A DNA stretch of 64,000 nucleotides from a virus (Duplodnaviria > Heunggongvirae > Uroviricota > Caudoviricetes): IMG/VR virus record IMGVR_UViG_3300045988_009603, one strand, 5' to 3'. Below, piece by piece: positions 7,903-16,619 of this stretch. How positions within the stretch are numbered: the first letter of the stretch is position 1; the number at the start of each line of letters is the position of its first letter. The translations under genes were made by a program, and so were the position numbers. The notes beneath the pieces were generated by a model. The model was not told the origin of the DNA, made no database searches, and worked only from the letters and a program-made list of their open reading frames with translations.

Positions 7903-7993
7903 ATTCTTAATGACCAGACCAAATATCTTCTTTGTCCGATTTATCTTCAGATGAATAAGATTAAGTTTGCTGCAATTGGTCTTCTGTCAAAAC

Positions 7994-8071
7994 TGGCGTT
8001 CCAGAAGGGATTTGAACCCTCAAATATCCACTTTGAAAGAGTGGTGACTTTACCGTTTTGTCTACTGGAAC
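7994..8071 (-). tRNA. tRNA-Glu (anticodon UUC)
   Basis: anticodon stem CCACT/AGTGG, loop CTTTCAA; acceptor GTTCCAG/CTGGAAC. Confidence 0.85.
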
Positions 8072-8078
8072 ATTAATT

Positions 8079-8155
8079 TGGTCTCTGTTGGAGGACTTGA
8101 ACCTCCGGCCTTACCGCCCCAAACGGAACGCTCTACCAAGCTGAGCTAAACAGAG
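8079..8155 (-). tRNA. tRNA-Pro (anticodon UGG)
   Basis: canonical D-arm GCTC-AGCTTGGTA-GAGC; anticodon loop TTTGGGG. Confidence 0.75.
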
Positions 8156-8181
8156 ATAAACTTTTCAAACTCTATGTAACC

Positions 8182-8211
8182 ACTTTAACATTATTTTTTA
8201 GTGGTTGTCAA
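8182..8211 (-). promoter_or_regulatory. putative sigma70-like promoter of tRNA operon
   Basis: minus strand TTGACA-N18-TAAAGT, A/T-rich upstream; about 25 nt upstream of tRNA-Pro 5' end. Confidence 0.45.
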
Positions 8212-8270
8212 GAACTTTTTTAAAATATTTTCAGTATCTTAGAAAAGCTCTCATTTCGTTTCTATGTAGA

Positions 8271-8311
8271 ACATATTAAAGGGTATCAAACACATTGTCA
8301 ATACCCTTTTT
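8271..8311. terminator. bidirectional terminator-like hairpin downstream of the vWA gene
   Basis: GGGTAT-N14-ATACCC flanked by T-runs on both strands. Confidence 0.45.
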
Positions 8312-8319
8312 AAAACTTT

Positions 8320-9735
8320 TTACCAGATGTAACGGTCAATCATTACTGCTTTGAGCATTACGCTGGTTGGGTCAAACTTCTCACCACCAAGCAGAGCTTT
8401 TAAAGTGGCTGGAGAGAACCCTGATACCATCGCTACACCATTATCCTTAACAGATACTTCGCAAGTACCATTACGGTTTGCTAAGTACCAGAATACTAGT
8501 TGTGGCATTTCGTACCCAGCTTTTTTGTACTTACTCTGAATTGCTTCAAAGTTTGTACGACCATTTGCACCATCAACCTGATTAAACTCCATATCAGAGA
8601 AGATAATAAGCTTACTTGGCATATCTTTCTGAGTCAAGTTGTTTCTCTTACCTACCTCAAGAATACGGTCAAAAGCTGCTTGTAAGTTAGTTGAACCATA
8701 TTCAACATGACGCATTACCTGACGATGACGGTTTCGTAAATCACCACTCAGTTCAATGAAATGAGGGTTTGTTGAATAGACCATTAACTCATCTTTAAAG
8801 CAACCTGTATTGCGTTCTGCTACATACAAGGCAAGTGATACACCAATATCAAGGGCAGTAATTGAGCCAAGATTCACCCAAGACATTGAGCTTGAAACAT
8901 CAGTCATACACAAGATGTTTTCACCTTCTGCCATCCAGTTTGGTAGTGCTTTCCACTGCTCATTAGCAACATCTGCATTACCATACTTGATAGATTTAAT
9001 CACATCGTATGGGTAAACAGCACCAGCGTTAATCTTGGCCTCACCTTTTGAGAGGGACTCGATGTAAGCTTTATAACGTTCCCCATCTTTACGGTTAAAG
9101 AGTTTTTGGTAACGTGCAGCAGCGAGTGAAGGAATCTTGCTGTAGTCAATCTTACCAAACTCATTAGCAGAGATTTTTTGCTCAACCGTATCAGACAGTG
9201 CAGATAACAGTGTGCGGTACTCTTTCTCGCTTAAGTTTGCAAACTTGCAGAAACGTTTTACAAACTGTTTGTGGCGTGGTTTTACTCGTGGCAACCACTT
9301 AGCTGCTAAACCTGCTGTTGCAGGGTCTAGTAATGCTGCTTCTAAATGTTTGAAGGCATCCGTCTCAAAGCGAGTACCTACGAAGATTTTGAAGTCATCA
9401 AAACGACCAAGTTCTGCAATCTTGTCCATAATGCGAAGAACCTGTGTAGGTTCTAAAACTTTATCTTCAATTGCTTGAAGTAAAACAGTTCGGAAAGCTT
9501 TACGCTCACCCATACCTTCTCGTACATCTCGCATATGCAGTAAAATACGAACTGCAACATCAACATCCTCACGCAAAGCTTTGTAGAACAGGTCTGGTAA
9601 GATTTCTACATTGCTACGGCTTGAGCCAGCGGCTTTGTAAAAGTCTACCAGAGCAGACATTGATGAAGTATGGTTTACAGCACCATTTTCAGTTCGACCT
9701 GCATGAAGGTGCGCATGTTTAAATAACTCGCTCAT
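8320..9735 (-). CDS. von Willebrand factor A (vWA) domain protein with alpha-helical N-terminal domain
   Basis: 471 aa; MIDAS-like DVSSSMS motif about residue 275. Confidence 0.65.
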   Translation of the reverse strand: MSELFKHAHLHAGRTENGAVNHTSSMSALVDFYKAAGSSRSNVEILPDLFYKALREDVDVAVRILLHMRDVREGMGERKAFRTVLLQAIEDKVLEPTQVLRIMDKIAELGRFDDFKIFVGTRFETDAFKHLEAALLDPATAGLAAKWLPRVKPRHKQFVKRFCKFANLSEKEYRTLLSALSDTVEQKISANEFGKIDYSKIPSLAAARYQKLFNRKDGERYKAYIESLSKGEAKINAGAVYPYDVIKSIKYGNADVANEQWKALPNWMAEGENILCMTDVSSSMSWVNLGSITALDIGVSLALYVAERNTGCFKDELMVYSTNPHFIELSGDLRNRHRQVMRHVEYGSTNLQAAFDRILEVGKRNNLTQKDMPSKLIIFSDMEFNQVDGANGRTNFEAIQSKYKKAGYEMPQLVFWYLANRNGTCEVSVKDNGVAMVSGFSPATLKALLGGEKFDPTSVMLKAVMIDRYIW

Positions 9736-9816
9736 ATTTTACTCTCTTCTCTCATTTGTTGTTTGATGTGACAGACTTTAGAGCAACTTTGTAGAGTCTG
9801 TCAACACCTTTTAAAA

Positions 9817-10188
9817 TTATTTTTTGAGAGTCGCTACAGCAGAGAACGTTGGTTTGTTATCTGTCTGTTGTTGACCACCATTATCAGGAGTCTTCTTAGT
9901 GTCTGCTGCAAGTGCTTTCATCTCACCTGCTGAGTGAGTAAAGATAGTTTTACCGACCTCAATCATACTCTTGATGGTTACGTCATCTGTGTTTAACCCG
10001 AACTCTGCAAGCTTAGCCGCGTCCCTTGTAACAATCGCCTCAAACAGCTTTGCAGCGAACTCAGCAGAATTATCAATGGTCAGTTGAGCTTTTACGAGTG
10101 AGCTTTTGTTACGAGAGCCTTTTGGTCTTCCAGATGGGTTTCCAGACTGGCCTTTTTTAAACTGGCCTTTGTTTGTTCTGTTTTTCAT
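9817..10188 (-). CDS. hypothetical protein with basic Gly/Pro-rich N-terminus
   Basis: 123 aa; KGQSGNPSGRPKGSRN motif. Confidence 0.5.
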   Translation of the reverse strand: MKNRTNKGQFKKGQSGNPSGRPKGSRNKSSLVKAQLTIDNSAEFAAKLFEAIVTRDAAKLAEFGLNTDDVTIKSMIEVGKTIFTHSAGEMKALAADTKKTPDNGGQQQTDNKPTFSAVATLKK

Positions 10189-10363
10189 TGGTATGCCTCT
10201 TATAAGACCTCTTAAAAGGCTTTTAAGATAAAAGATAGATATCCAGAAAGATATCTGTTTAAATAGCCTTTTTAGAGGAACCTTTTAAGTTATCTTCTAA
10301 GTATTTATAAGCCTACACCTTGTCAAGTCCTTTGTCAACAACTTTTTTAACTTGCAATAGTTC

Positions 10364-10392
10364 TTGACTTGTTGTATGGATTACTGTACCAT
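10364..10392 (+). promoter_or_regulatory. putative promoter of plus-strand early block
   Basis: TTGACT-N17-TACCAT; weak -10. Confidence 0.3.
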
Positions 10393-10437
10393 CTTACTTA
10401 AAGCTGTAGGTCTGCCTTGTTCTACAAAGGAGACTTA

Positions 10438-10599
10438 ATGAGAAAATCAAACAACCCGAAGAAAGGTAAAAATACCAATCACTGTAAGGAATCAAAAAGG
10501 GCAGAGTTACTCTACTATTCATCCTCTGAAATTGGTCTGTACCTGTTCTTTCAAAATTACAGAAGACAAGAGGATTATCTATGTGTAGTTCCCAATTAG
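10438..10599 (+). CDS. hypothetical small basic protein
   Basis: ORF with AAGGAG SD before internal ATG. Confidence 0.35.
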   Translation: MRKSNNPKKGKNTNHCKESKRAELLYYSSSEIGLYLFFQNYRRQEDYLCVVPN

Positions 10600-10814
10600 A
10601 AATCGCAGATATTATAGATTTATATCAAACTGCAAAGAGTCATGGCTATATAACCTCAATTGGAAAGAATAGTCACTACGATGCTTTGACTGGAATGTAT
10701 TTCAGGGCAATGGCTCAATCTAGTGAACAGCACTTGATGGTTTCTTCCAGTGAGTTTACTTCGTTTCTCTATTGCAGCAAAATCATAAATCGCAGGAGAA
10801 CTGAAAAATGTTAA
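10581..10814 (+). CDS. hypothetical protein
   Basis: 77 aa ORF with AGAGGA SD; overlaps neighbours. Confidence 0.35.
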   Translation: MCSSQLEIADIIDLYQTAKSHGYITSIGKNSHYDALTGMYFRAMAQSSEQHLMVSSSEFTSFLYCSKIINRRRTEKC

Positions 10815-11398
10815 CAGTAAGTTTTAATTACAATAGTGATGGCTCTGTATCAATTAATTCACCATATGCAAATGACCTATTGAAAGAGCTAGTTAATCAG
10901 TGTGATAGAGGTCTTCACTATGTCCCAAATTCTTTCAAGCAGAAGACTATTGCTAATAACTTGATGCGTGTGACGGTTACAACATCAAATCCAAACTACG
11001 ACATTGATAGTGAAAGCCCTTATTCTTTAGTGGCTCTTGGAGAGTGCAGTCAATTTAAACTTGTATGCCACGACTCAGAAACATTTCTTAAGGTGTTTTC
11101 CAACCTTATTCACAATAATAAGTACGGGTATGTTGACGGTAGTGCAAACTTCTATCCAGCAAACTATACATGCCTATTGATTGATAATATGAGAAGTAGC
11201 AAGCAAGAACCTACAGAAATCTCATTTGATGTGAACTCTAGTCCAGACGCAGAAACAAGTAATAACTTTGATATGAGCTACGCACTATCACTTAGTAAGA
11301 AATCCGAGTTCATTGATTATGTCAATGGATTTGGTTTTAAGTTTGACGAGAACATGAATCTCAAAAAACTTAAGAACCTACTTAAGACCAAAGCTTAA
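10808..11398 (+). CDS. hypothetical protein
   Basis: 196 aa ORF with AGGAGA SD. Confidence 0.5.
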   Translation: MLTVSFNYNSDGSVSINSPYANDLLKELVNQCDRGLHYVPNSFKQKTIANNLMRVTVTTSNPNYDIDSESPYSLVALGECSQFKLVCHDSETFLKVFSNLIHNNKYGYVDGSANFYPANYTCLLIDNMRSSKQEPTEISFDVNSSPDAETSNNFDMSYALSLSKKSEFIDYVNGFGFKFDENMNLKKLKNLLKTKA

Positions 11399-11406
11399 GT
11401 ATAAAC

Positions 11407-11432
11407 AGGGGCTAATGCCCCTTTATCTATTT
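11407..11432 (+). terminator. terminator-like hairpin
   Basis: GGGGC-TAAT-GCCCC followed by T-rich tract. Confidence 0.45.
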
Positions 11433-11445
11433 ATAAGGATATTTA

Positions 11446-11817
11446 ATGAAGGCTAAGAGTGCAAAAGACTTTTATTGCTTCCTACAATCCTATATCAATT
11501 CCGTGGAGAAAGGTGATAGATACAATCTTAAAGATGTTATTGCATCACCTTTAACATGGAGACTTAGCAAATGGCCTGAAGAAGATATCACACCCACTAG
11601 TAAACAACCTACCTACATCCCAGATATTAATCTCCCAGATTCAGATAAGTTATTGTATCCAATGTTCCACATTGTTGGGCTTGGTACATTTCTTATGGAT
11701 ATCCAGTATGTAATCGGTAAAGGTTATAAGGTTGAAGGTATTGTTGTTGGTGATGTATCTCCACAACATAAAGGCTATTTTAGATTAAACGCACGTTTAG
11801 AGGCTAAAAAGAAATGA
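11446..11817 (+). CDS. hypothetical protein, paralogous to N-terminal domain of next gene
   Basis: 123 aa; shares FLMDIQYVIGKGY-type motif with 11814..12698. Confidence 0.55.
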   Translation: MKAKSAKDFYCFLQSYINSVEKGDRYNLKDVIASPLTWRLSKWPEEDITPTSKQPTYIPDINLPDSDKLLYPMFHIVGLGTFLMDIQYVIGKGYKVEGIVVGDVSPQHKGYFRLNARLEAKKK

Positions 11818-12698
11818 TTAAAGCAAAGACTTACCCAGACTTCAAAGAATTTGTAAAGGGTTTCGTTGCAAATGTAAAGGCTGGTAAGAGATATGATTTT
11901 AGAACATACCAAGAAGCTATTTTACCACTCACCTATAGCTCATATTGGCCTGAAGCTGATATTGCAGAGGTTGAGAAGTTTGACTACAAACCAGACTACA
12001 AAGTTCCTTTCAGTGATGAACTTCTTTACAGTGTTGGTGCACAGATGAGAACTTCTGATTTCTTCATGGATTTACAGTATGCAATCATCAATGGTAAAGA
12101 TGTTGACACGGTGTATTGTGAATGGTTGGCAAGAGTTAAGCCGTTCTCAATGTTGAATGCTAAGTTGAAGGATGCCATTAAGCCACCAGTAATTACTCAG
12201 CAGCCAACAAACCAAACAGTCAATGAAGGTGGAGCACTTACCCTAAGTGTTCTCGCAACTAATGCCACTGGGTATCAATGGAAGAAGGATGGTGAGGACA
12301 TCTCCAGTGCCACTTCTGCAACTTACACAAAACAATCCGTAGCGCCTTCTGACGCTGGTTCATACACTTGTGTTGTATCTGGAGAGGGTGGGACAAGTGT
12401 CACCTCAGATGCAGCAACAGTGACTGTGAATGCCTTACCAGTAATTACTCAGCAGCCAACCAATCAAGAAATCACTGAAGGCGAGAACTTAACGCTGAAT
12501 GTTGTGGCTACTGGTGCAACAGGTTACCAGTGGAAGAAAGGCGAGGAAGTCATCCCAGACGCAACTGCTGCAACTTATACCAAAGAAGGTGCAACCGCTG
12601 CTGATGCAGGAAGCTACACCTGTGTAGTGACTGGCGCAGGTGGCTCTGTAACATCTAATGCAGCAACAGTTACAGTTAACCCAACAGGGGAGGCATAA
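11814..12698 (+). CDS. protein with two tandem Ig-like domains
   Basis: 294 aa; duplicated about 80 aa unit VITQQPTNQ...GSYTCVV...ATVTVN. Confidence 0.6.
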   Translation: MIKAKTYPDFKEFVKGFVANVKAGKRYDFRTYQEAILPLTYSSYWPEADIAEVEKFDYKPDYKVPFSDELLYSVGAQMRTSDFFMDLQYAIINGKDVDTVYCEWLARVKPFSMLNAKLKDAIKPPVITQQPTNQTVNEGGALTLSVLATNATGYQWKKDGEDISSATSATYTKQSVAPSDAGSYTCVVSGEGGTSVTSDAATVTVNALPVITQQPTNQEITEGENLTLNVVATGATGYQWKKGEEVIPDATAATYTKEGATAADAGSYTCVVTGAGGSVTSNAATVTVNPTGEA

Positions 12699-13162
12699 TG
12701 CAACTCTCAAGAAAAGGTTTAGATGCTATTAAGTTCTTTGAAGGTCTGAAGTTAGAGGCTTACGAAGACTCTGCCGGAATCCCAACAATTGGGTATGGTA
12801 CAATCCGTATTGACGGAAAACCTGTTAAGATGGGTATGAAAATCACTACTGAACAGGCTGAACAATATCTTCTCGCGGATGTTGAGAAGTTTGTTGCAGC
12901 AGTGAATAAAGCTATCAAGGTTCCAACCTCTCAGAATGAGTTCGATGCACTTGTAAGTGAAACATACAACATCGGTATCACAGCTATGCAGGATTCTACA
13001 TTTATCAAGCGCCACAATGCTGGTAATAAGGTAGGTTGTGCAGAAGCTATGCAGTGGTGGAACAAGGTTACAGTCAAGGGTAAGAAGGTCACTTCAAACG
13101 GTCTGAAAAATAGACGTAGAATGGAAGCTGACATTTATCTTGACAGTGTATATCCAAAGTAA
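12698..13162 (+). CDS. endolysin, T4-lysozyme-like muramidase (GH24)
   Basis: 154 aa; LKLEAYEDSAGIPTIGYGT...NIGITAM typical of lysozyme family. Confidence 0.8.
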   Translation: MQLSRKGLDAIKFFEGLKLEAYEDSAGIPTIGYGTIRIDGKPVKMGMKITTEQAEQYLLADVEKFVAAVNKAIKVPTSQNEFDALVSETYNIGITAMQDSTFIKRHNAGNKVGCAEAMQWWNKVTVKGKKVTSNGLKNRRRMEADIYLDSVYPK

Positions 13163-13172
13163 TATCTTTATA

Positions 13173-13199
13173 GGCTCCTTCGGGAGCCTTTTTTATTTT
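13173..13199 (+). terminator. rho-independent terminator
   Basis: GGCTCC-TTCG-GGAGCC followed by TTTTTTATTTT. Confidence 0.7.
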
Positions 13200-13213
13200 C
13201 TAAGGAGAAAATC

Positions 13214-13612
13214 ATGAAGCTTTGGGCTAGTGACTTTGGGACTTTTAAGTACACTCGTAATGGTTCGCTTGTACGCATTGTTGGAAACAATGTGGTTTCA
13301 AGAGGCGACAAGGTGTATACACGGTTTACTGTAGAGCTTGTTGAACTGTCACCTATTGAGTCTGTGAACAATGGCCTGTTCAAGTTTGAGACTTACAATG
13401 TCAATGAACATGGACAATTCAACCCTCTTGGTGAAAGTGGACTTGATATTATTTCAGAACACCCGTTGACAAAAGAGCAACTTGCAGGTTATTATAAAAC
13501 TGTTCTTGAAAGGCAGTTAGCAACACATGAACAAGAAGCTAACTACCATTTACAACATTGCGAAATTTTAAGAGAAAAAATCGAACAAGCAGAGAGAGGT
13601 TTTTATGAATAA
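13214..13612 (+). CDS. hypothetical protein
   Basis: 132 aa ORF, GGAG SD. Confidence 0.5.
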   Translation: MKLWASDFGTFKYTRNGSLVRIVGNNVVSRGDKVYTRFTVELVELSPIESVNNGLFKFETYNVNEHGQFNPLGESGLDIISEHPLTKEQLAGYYKTVLERQLATHEQEANYHLQHCEILREKIEQAERGFYE

Positions 13613-14000
13613 TAACAGTCATATTCACGTTAAAGTTGATGTCAGCCGTTACAGCGAAAATGAGGAACTAGACCTGCAAGATGCTCTTCTCTTTGAGAAG
13701 AATGGTAATCTCCATTTGCATTTTGAAGGCACAAACACATATCTCCACAGATGTCGAGATGATGCAGATGGTTGCCCTGTTTTTGCTTGGTATAATTTAG
13801 AGTTTCCACTTTACGCAATCCATTATCCAGATGGTGGAGAAGACTGGACAACTCAATCAATCTTTGATGAGCTTAACGGTATTCCGGTTGAGCAGGAAGA
13901 ACAAGAGCCTGTTGAGCTTACCTTCACCTTCGTCAAAGAAGAAACGATTGGTGATTTGTCAGTAACTGAAGCTATTCAGGTAACACAGGTCATTCGCTAA
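13605..14000 (+). CDS. hypothetical protein
   Basis: 131 aa ORF, start overlaps upstream stop. Confidence 0.5.
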   Translation: MNNNSHIHVKVDVSRYSENEELDLQDALLFEKNGNLHLHFEGTNTYLHRCRDDADGCPVFAWYNLEFPLYAIHYPDGGEDWTTQSIFDELNGIPVEQEEQEPVELTFTFVKEETIGDLSVTEAIQVTQVIR

Positions 14001-14293
14001 TGAGTAAAGTACAGGTTATTTTCCCTATTTGTGACTTCTCACTAGAGCGTGAACTTGACCTGTACGAAGAAATTACTGACGAAATCATCTGGTCTGTTGT
14101 AGAAGAGGCTATCAAGAAACTGTATGGTGGCCTCTTAAATCCATCAAGTAAAAAGCTCAACACTAAACAAGTAGCTGATACGTACACTTCATACGATGCC
14201 TACAACAAACCTTTTGAGAATACCTGCTTTGACCTTATGGTAGGTAATAATAAAGTCAACTATTTCTTCGTCAGAGAGTTTAACGATGAGTAA
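14000..14293 (+). CDS. hypothetical protein
   Basis: 97 aa ORF, coupled start. Confidence 0.5.
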   Translation: MSKVQVIFPICDFSLERELDLYEEITDEIIWSVVEEAIKKLYGGLLNPSSKKLNTKQVADTYTSYDAYNKPFENTCFDLMVGNNKVNYFFVREFNDE

Positions 14294-14630
14294 GCTCCAT
14301 GTCACAGTGTACAAAAACTTCTCAGATATCAAAGAGTCTTTAACCAATAAGCTTGACATGCAACGGAAAAGACTCTTTTTAATGTATGACATTGACAACT
14401 ATAACCATCCTAAAGAGTTCAACTACAAAGATGGTACAAAGATTGTTGAATTTGAAGATTCTGTAACGGTGTATGTCAAGCATGACTTACCAGCAAAGTA
14501 TATAGGGATGTTAGAGTACTATATATTCAAACATACAGGTATGCGTGGTGAATCTGTCAAGATATCTTCTATAGAAGTTTTTGAGAAACCTAACACACAA
14601 CTTAAAAAATATTTAATGAGGAAACTGTAA
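14286..14630 (+). CDS. hypothetical protein
   Basis: 114 aa ORF. Confidence 0.5.
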   Translation: MSKLHVTVYKNFSDIKESLTNKLDMQRKRLFLMYDIDNYNHPKEFNYKDGTKIVEFEDSVTVYVKHDLPAKYIGMLEYYIFKHTGMRGESVKISSIEVFEKPNTQLKKYLMRKL

Positions 14631-15220
14631 TGTCCGAAGAGCAACAGGATATCATCCCACAAGTAACATTAGTCCAACATTTTGGAAACATTGAAGGGTG
14701 TGTTGCACTTTTTCAACCAAGTATCAATTCCCCTGCAAAAGTTTGCAAGTTGACTATGAATGTTAATAACATTAGTATCTGCCTTGTTGATGAAGTCCAG
14801 TACTTCAAGTTTAATGACAGAGAGGTTGATGCTGCACTTTTGAAGTATCGAGCTAGTCTCGAAAAAGATATTGACCATAAAGAACTTGTAACACTGTTTG
14901 GTGACCTTCACAAGCTTCTTGAAAAGGTTATGAAGCGCACATACTACATGAACAATGGTTCAATTATCACCACCATGATTTCACCATGTATCTCTGAGCC
15001 AATTTTAACTGATGATGGCGGGTACTATGTTGTAGCATCAGCAGATTCTGATTGGTGGATGAAAAACACAGCACTTAAGACGGTTATTGAGGCTATTCGT
15101 GAGCATATCCCTTCATTCAGCCCGTGGAAAGGCAAAGGTGATGACTTTATCGCATTGTTGAGTGAAGAGAGTAGCAAACGTAGTGCATTAATGCCTAAGA
15201 AATACTCTTGCAGAGTATAA
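14630..15220 (+). CDS. hypothetical protein
   Basis: 196 aa ORF. Confidence 0.5.
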   Translation: MSEEQQDIIPQVTLVQHFGNIEGCVALFQPSINSPAKVCKLTMNVNNISICLVDEVQYFKFNDREVDAALLKYRASLEKDIDHKELVTLFGDLHKLLEKVMKRTYYMNNGSIITTMISPCISEPILTDDGGYYVVASADSDWWMKNTALKTVIEAIREHIPSFSPWKGKGDDFIALLSEESSKRSALMPKKYSCRV

Positions 15221-15236
15221 AATATTATCTATAATG

Positions 15237-15266
15237 GGAGCTATCGAGAGGTAGTTCCCTTTTTAG
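15237..15266 (+). terminator. terminator-like hairpin
   Basis: GGGAGCTA/TAGTTCCC stem followed by TTTTT. Confidence 0.45.
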
Positions 15267-15282
15267 TTTCTGGAGAATAGGT

Positions 15283-15828
15283 ATGGCTAAAGTAAAAGAA
15301 CACGATAAAATTATTTTGTATGTTAAACAGAACCCTTCTAAGAGTGTTGAGGCTGTTGTGACATATGTCTCTCATAATGGTACAGTTTATTTTCGACCAC
15401 TGAAGAACTTAGACTTTGATACAACCCCAAACCACACATTTAGTACCTCTGCTAGACTGTGTGCAGGGACTGTATACTCAACTTCTGAGATTGAGTCCTT
15501 ATCTTTCACAGGTGCTTACAAGAACTTTATCGGGATTGCTTTAAAGGACTCTGAAGAATCTTTTAAATTTTTCATGGAGACTAATAAAGGTTGCTACACA
15601 CATGTTATGCCAGTCTATAAGAAAGTTGACACAGAGCTTACCAGCAAGTGCGAAGAGATTAGTAGTGACTTAATAGAACTTCAAGCATCTACTAAGAATG
15701 CCATTTACATTATCGAGCGAGATTACTTAGAAGTTCTTTTTAGAGACATGTTAAAAGCTGGTTTTACTCCAAATGAAATTACAAAAGAAACTCAACGCCA
15801 GTTCAGAAATGCTATGGTGAAAGAATGA
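15283..15828 (+). CDS. hypothetical protein
   Basis: 181 aa ORF. Confidence 0.5.
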   Translation: MAKVKEHDKIILYVKQNPSKSVEAVVTYVSHNGTVYFRPLKNLDFDTTPNHTFSTSARLCAGTVYSTSEIESLSFTGAYKNFIGIALKDSEESFKFFMETNKGCYTHVMPVYKKVDTELTSKCEEISSDLIELQASTKNAIYIIERDYLEVLFRDMLKAGFTPNEITKETQRQFRNAMVKE

Positions 15829-16043
15829 AAAAACTAACTACAGTTGAAGATTACTACAAGCTGTCCCTGTTAGAGCAATATCGTAGAAGTCAGAATATAA
15901 GAAAGTGCTATGGTAAACACGCTGAAGGTGACTTTTACCGTTGCTACGATGCAGATTTAAAAGGTGTAACACCTAGAGGGAAAGTCCTGCAAAGACTTGT
16001 TGACCTTGAGTGGAACAAACGATTGAGAGAGGTTGGAAAATGA
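15825..16043 (+). CDS. hypothetical protein
   Basis: 72 aa ORF. Confidence 0.4.
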   Translation: MKKLTTVEDYYKLSLLEQYRRSQNIRKCYGKHAEGDFYRCYDADLKGVTPRGKVLQRLVDLEWNKRLREVGK

Positions 16044-16543
16044 TTTACGAAGAGAGATATAAGATAGATTATCAGGATACTCGTCATCACACTTCTTTGA
16101 GAGTAACCAAACCAAATGGAGATACCGGTATTATAGCACATTTTGGTGGTGATTATTGGTACGGCACAGGTTGCTTTGAAGGTTACAGTCAAGAATACTT
16201 GAAAGCATTCTACAGAGACTTTACAAATGACTACAACAGGGTTGTTGACGAAAAGAATAAGTGCATTAAGCATGAACACCATGCCAGAGGTTGTTTAAGT
16301 ACGGTAATGGTACTGGCATTTTTCTTAGCAACATTACTGGCAGTATCAGCAATCAGTTCCATAGCTCAAGACTTAACCATTACACAGATTACTGCAAAGG
16401 TATATGATGTTTGGTACTTGTATGCTGTCCCTTTAGTTGGTATCATCATCGCACTAATGAGATTCAGAGTTCATAAGAAACGTCTTAAGGATTCTGAGGT
16501 TAAACTTGAAGAGGTAAGTAAAGAATGCAACCTACAATTATAG
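16010..16543 (+). CDS. hypothetical membrane protein (two C-terminal TM helices)
   Basis: 177 aa; VMVLAFFLATLLAVSAISSI and VWYLYAVPLVGIIIALM. Confidence 0.5.
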   Translation: MEQTIERGWKMIYEERYKIDYQDTRHHTSLRVTKPNGDTGIIAHFGGDYWYGTGCFEGYSQEYLKAFYRDFTNDYNRVVDEKNKCIKHEHHARGCLSTVMVLAFFLATLLAVSAISSIAQDLTITQITAKVYDVWYLYAVPLVGIIIALMRFRVHKKRLKDSEVKLEEVSKECNLQL

Positions 16544-16619
16544 CTATATGTGTTCGTTTTGCAATCGCTGAAATGATTAACAAGGCAATCTTAAAAGATG
16601 CCTATGGAGAAACTAAGTA

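Noticed and set aside
2679-8076. ORF-track entries inside the tRNA cluster (2679..2906, 2874..3149, 3471..3716, 5421..5618, 6221..6424, 6695..6949, 7085..7342, 7671..7910, 7825..8076)
   Set aside because: They overlap tRNA genes or structured spacers, mostly on the strand opposite to the operon, and lack ribosome-binding sites; treated as chance ORFs.
10190-10350. A sigma70 promoter for the minus-strand gene 9817..10188 built on the TTGACA repeat
   Set aside because: The TTGACA boxes are followed by -10-like hexamers only at 11 or 23 bp spacing, so no convincing -35/-10 pair could be assembled; kept only as a conserved motif.
16010-16543. Calling the two-TM protein in the endolysin block a holin
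   Set aside because: It has a 100 aa soluble N-terminal domain and is 2.8 kb from the endolysin; no small class I/II/III holin-like ORF was found adjacent to the endolysin, so holin identity stays open.
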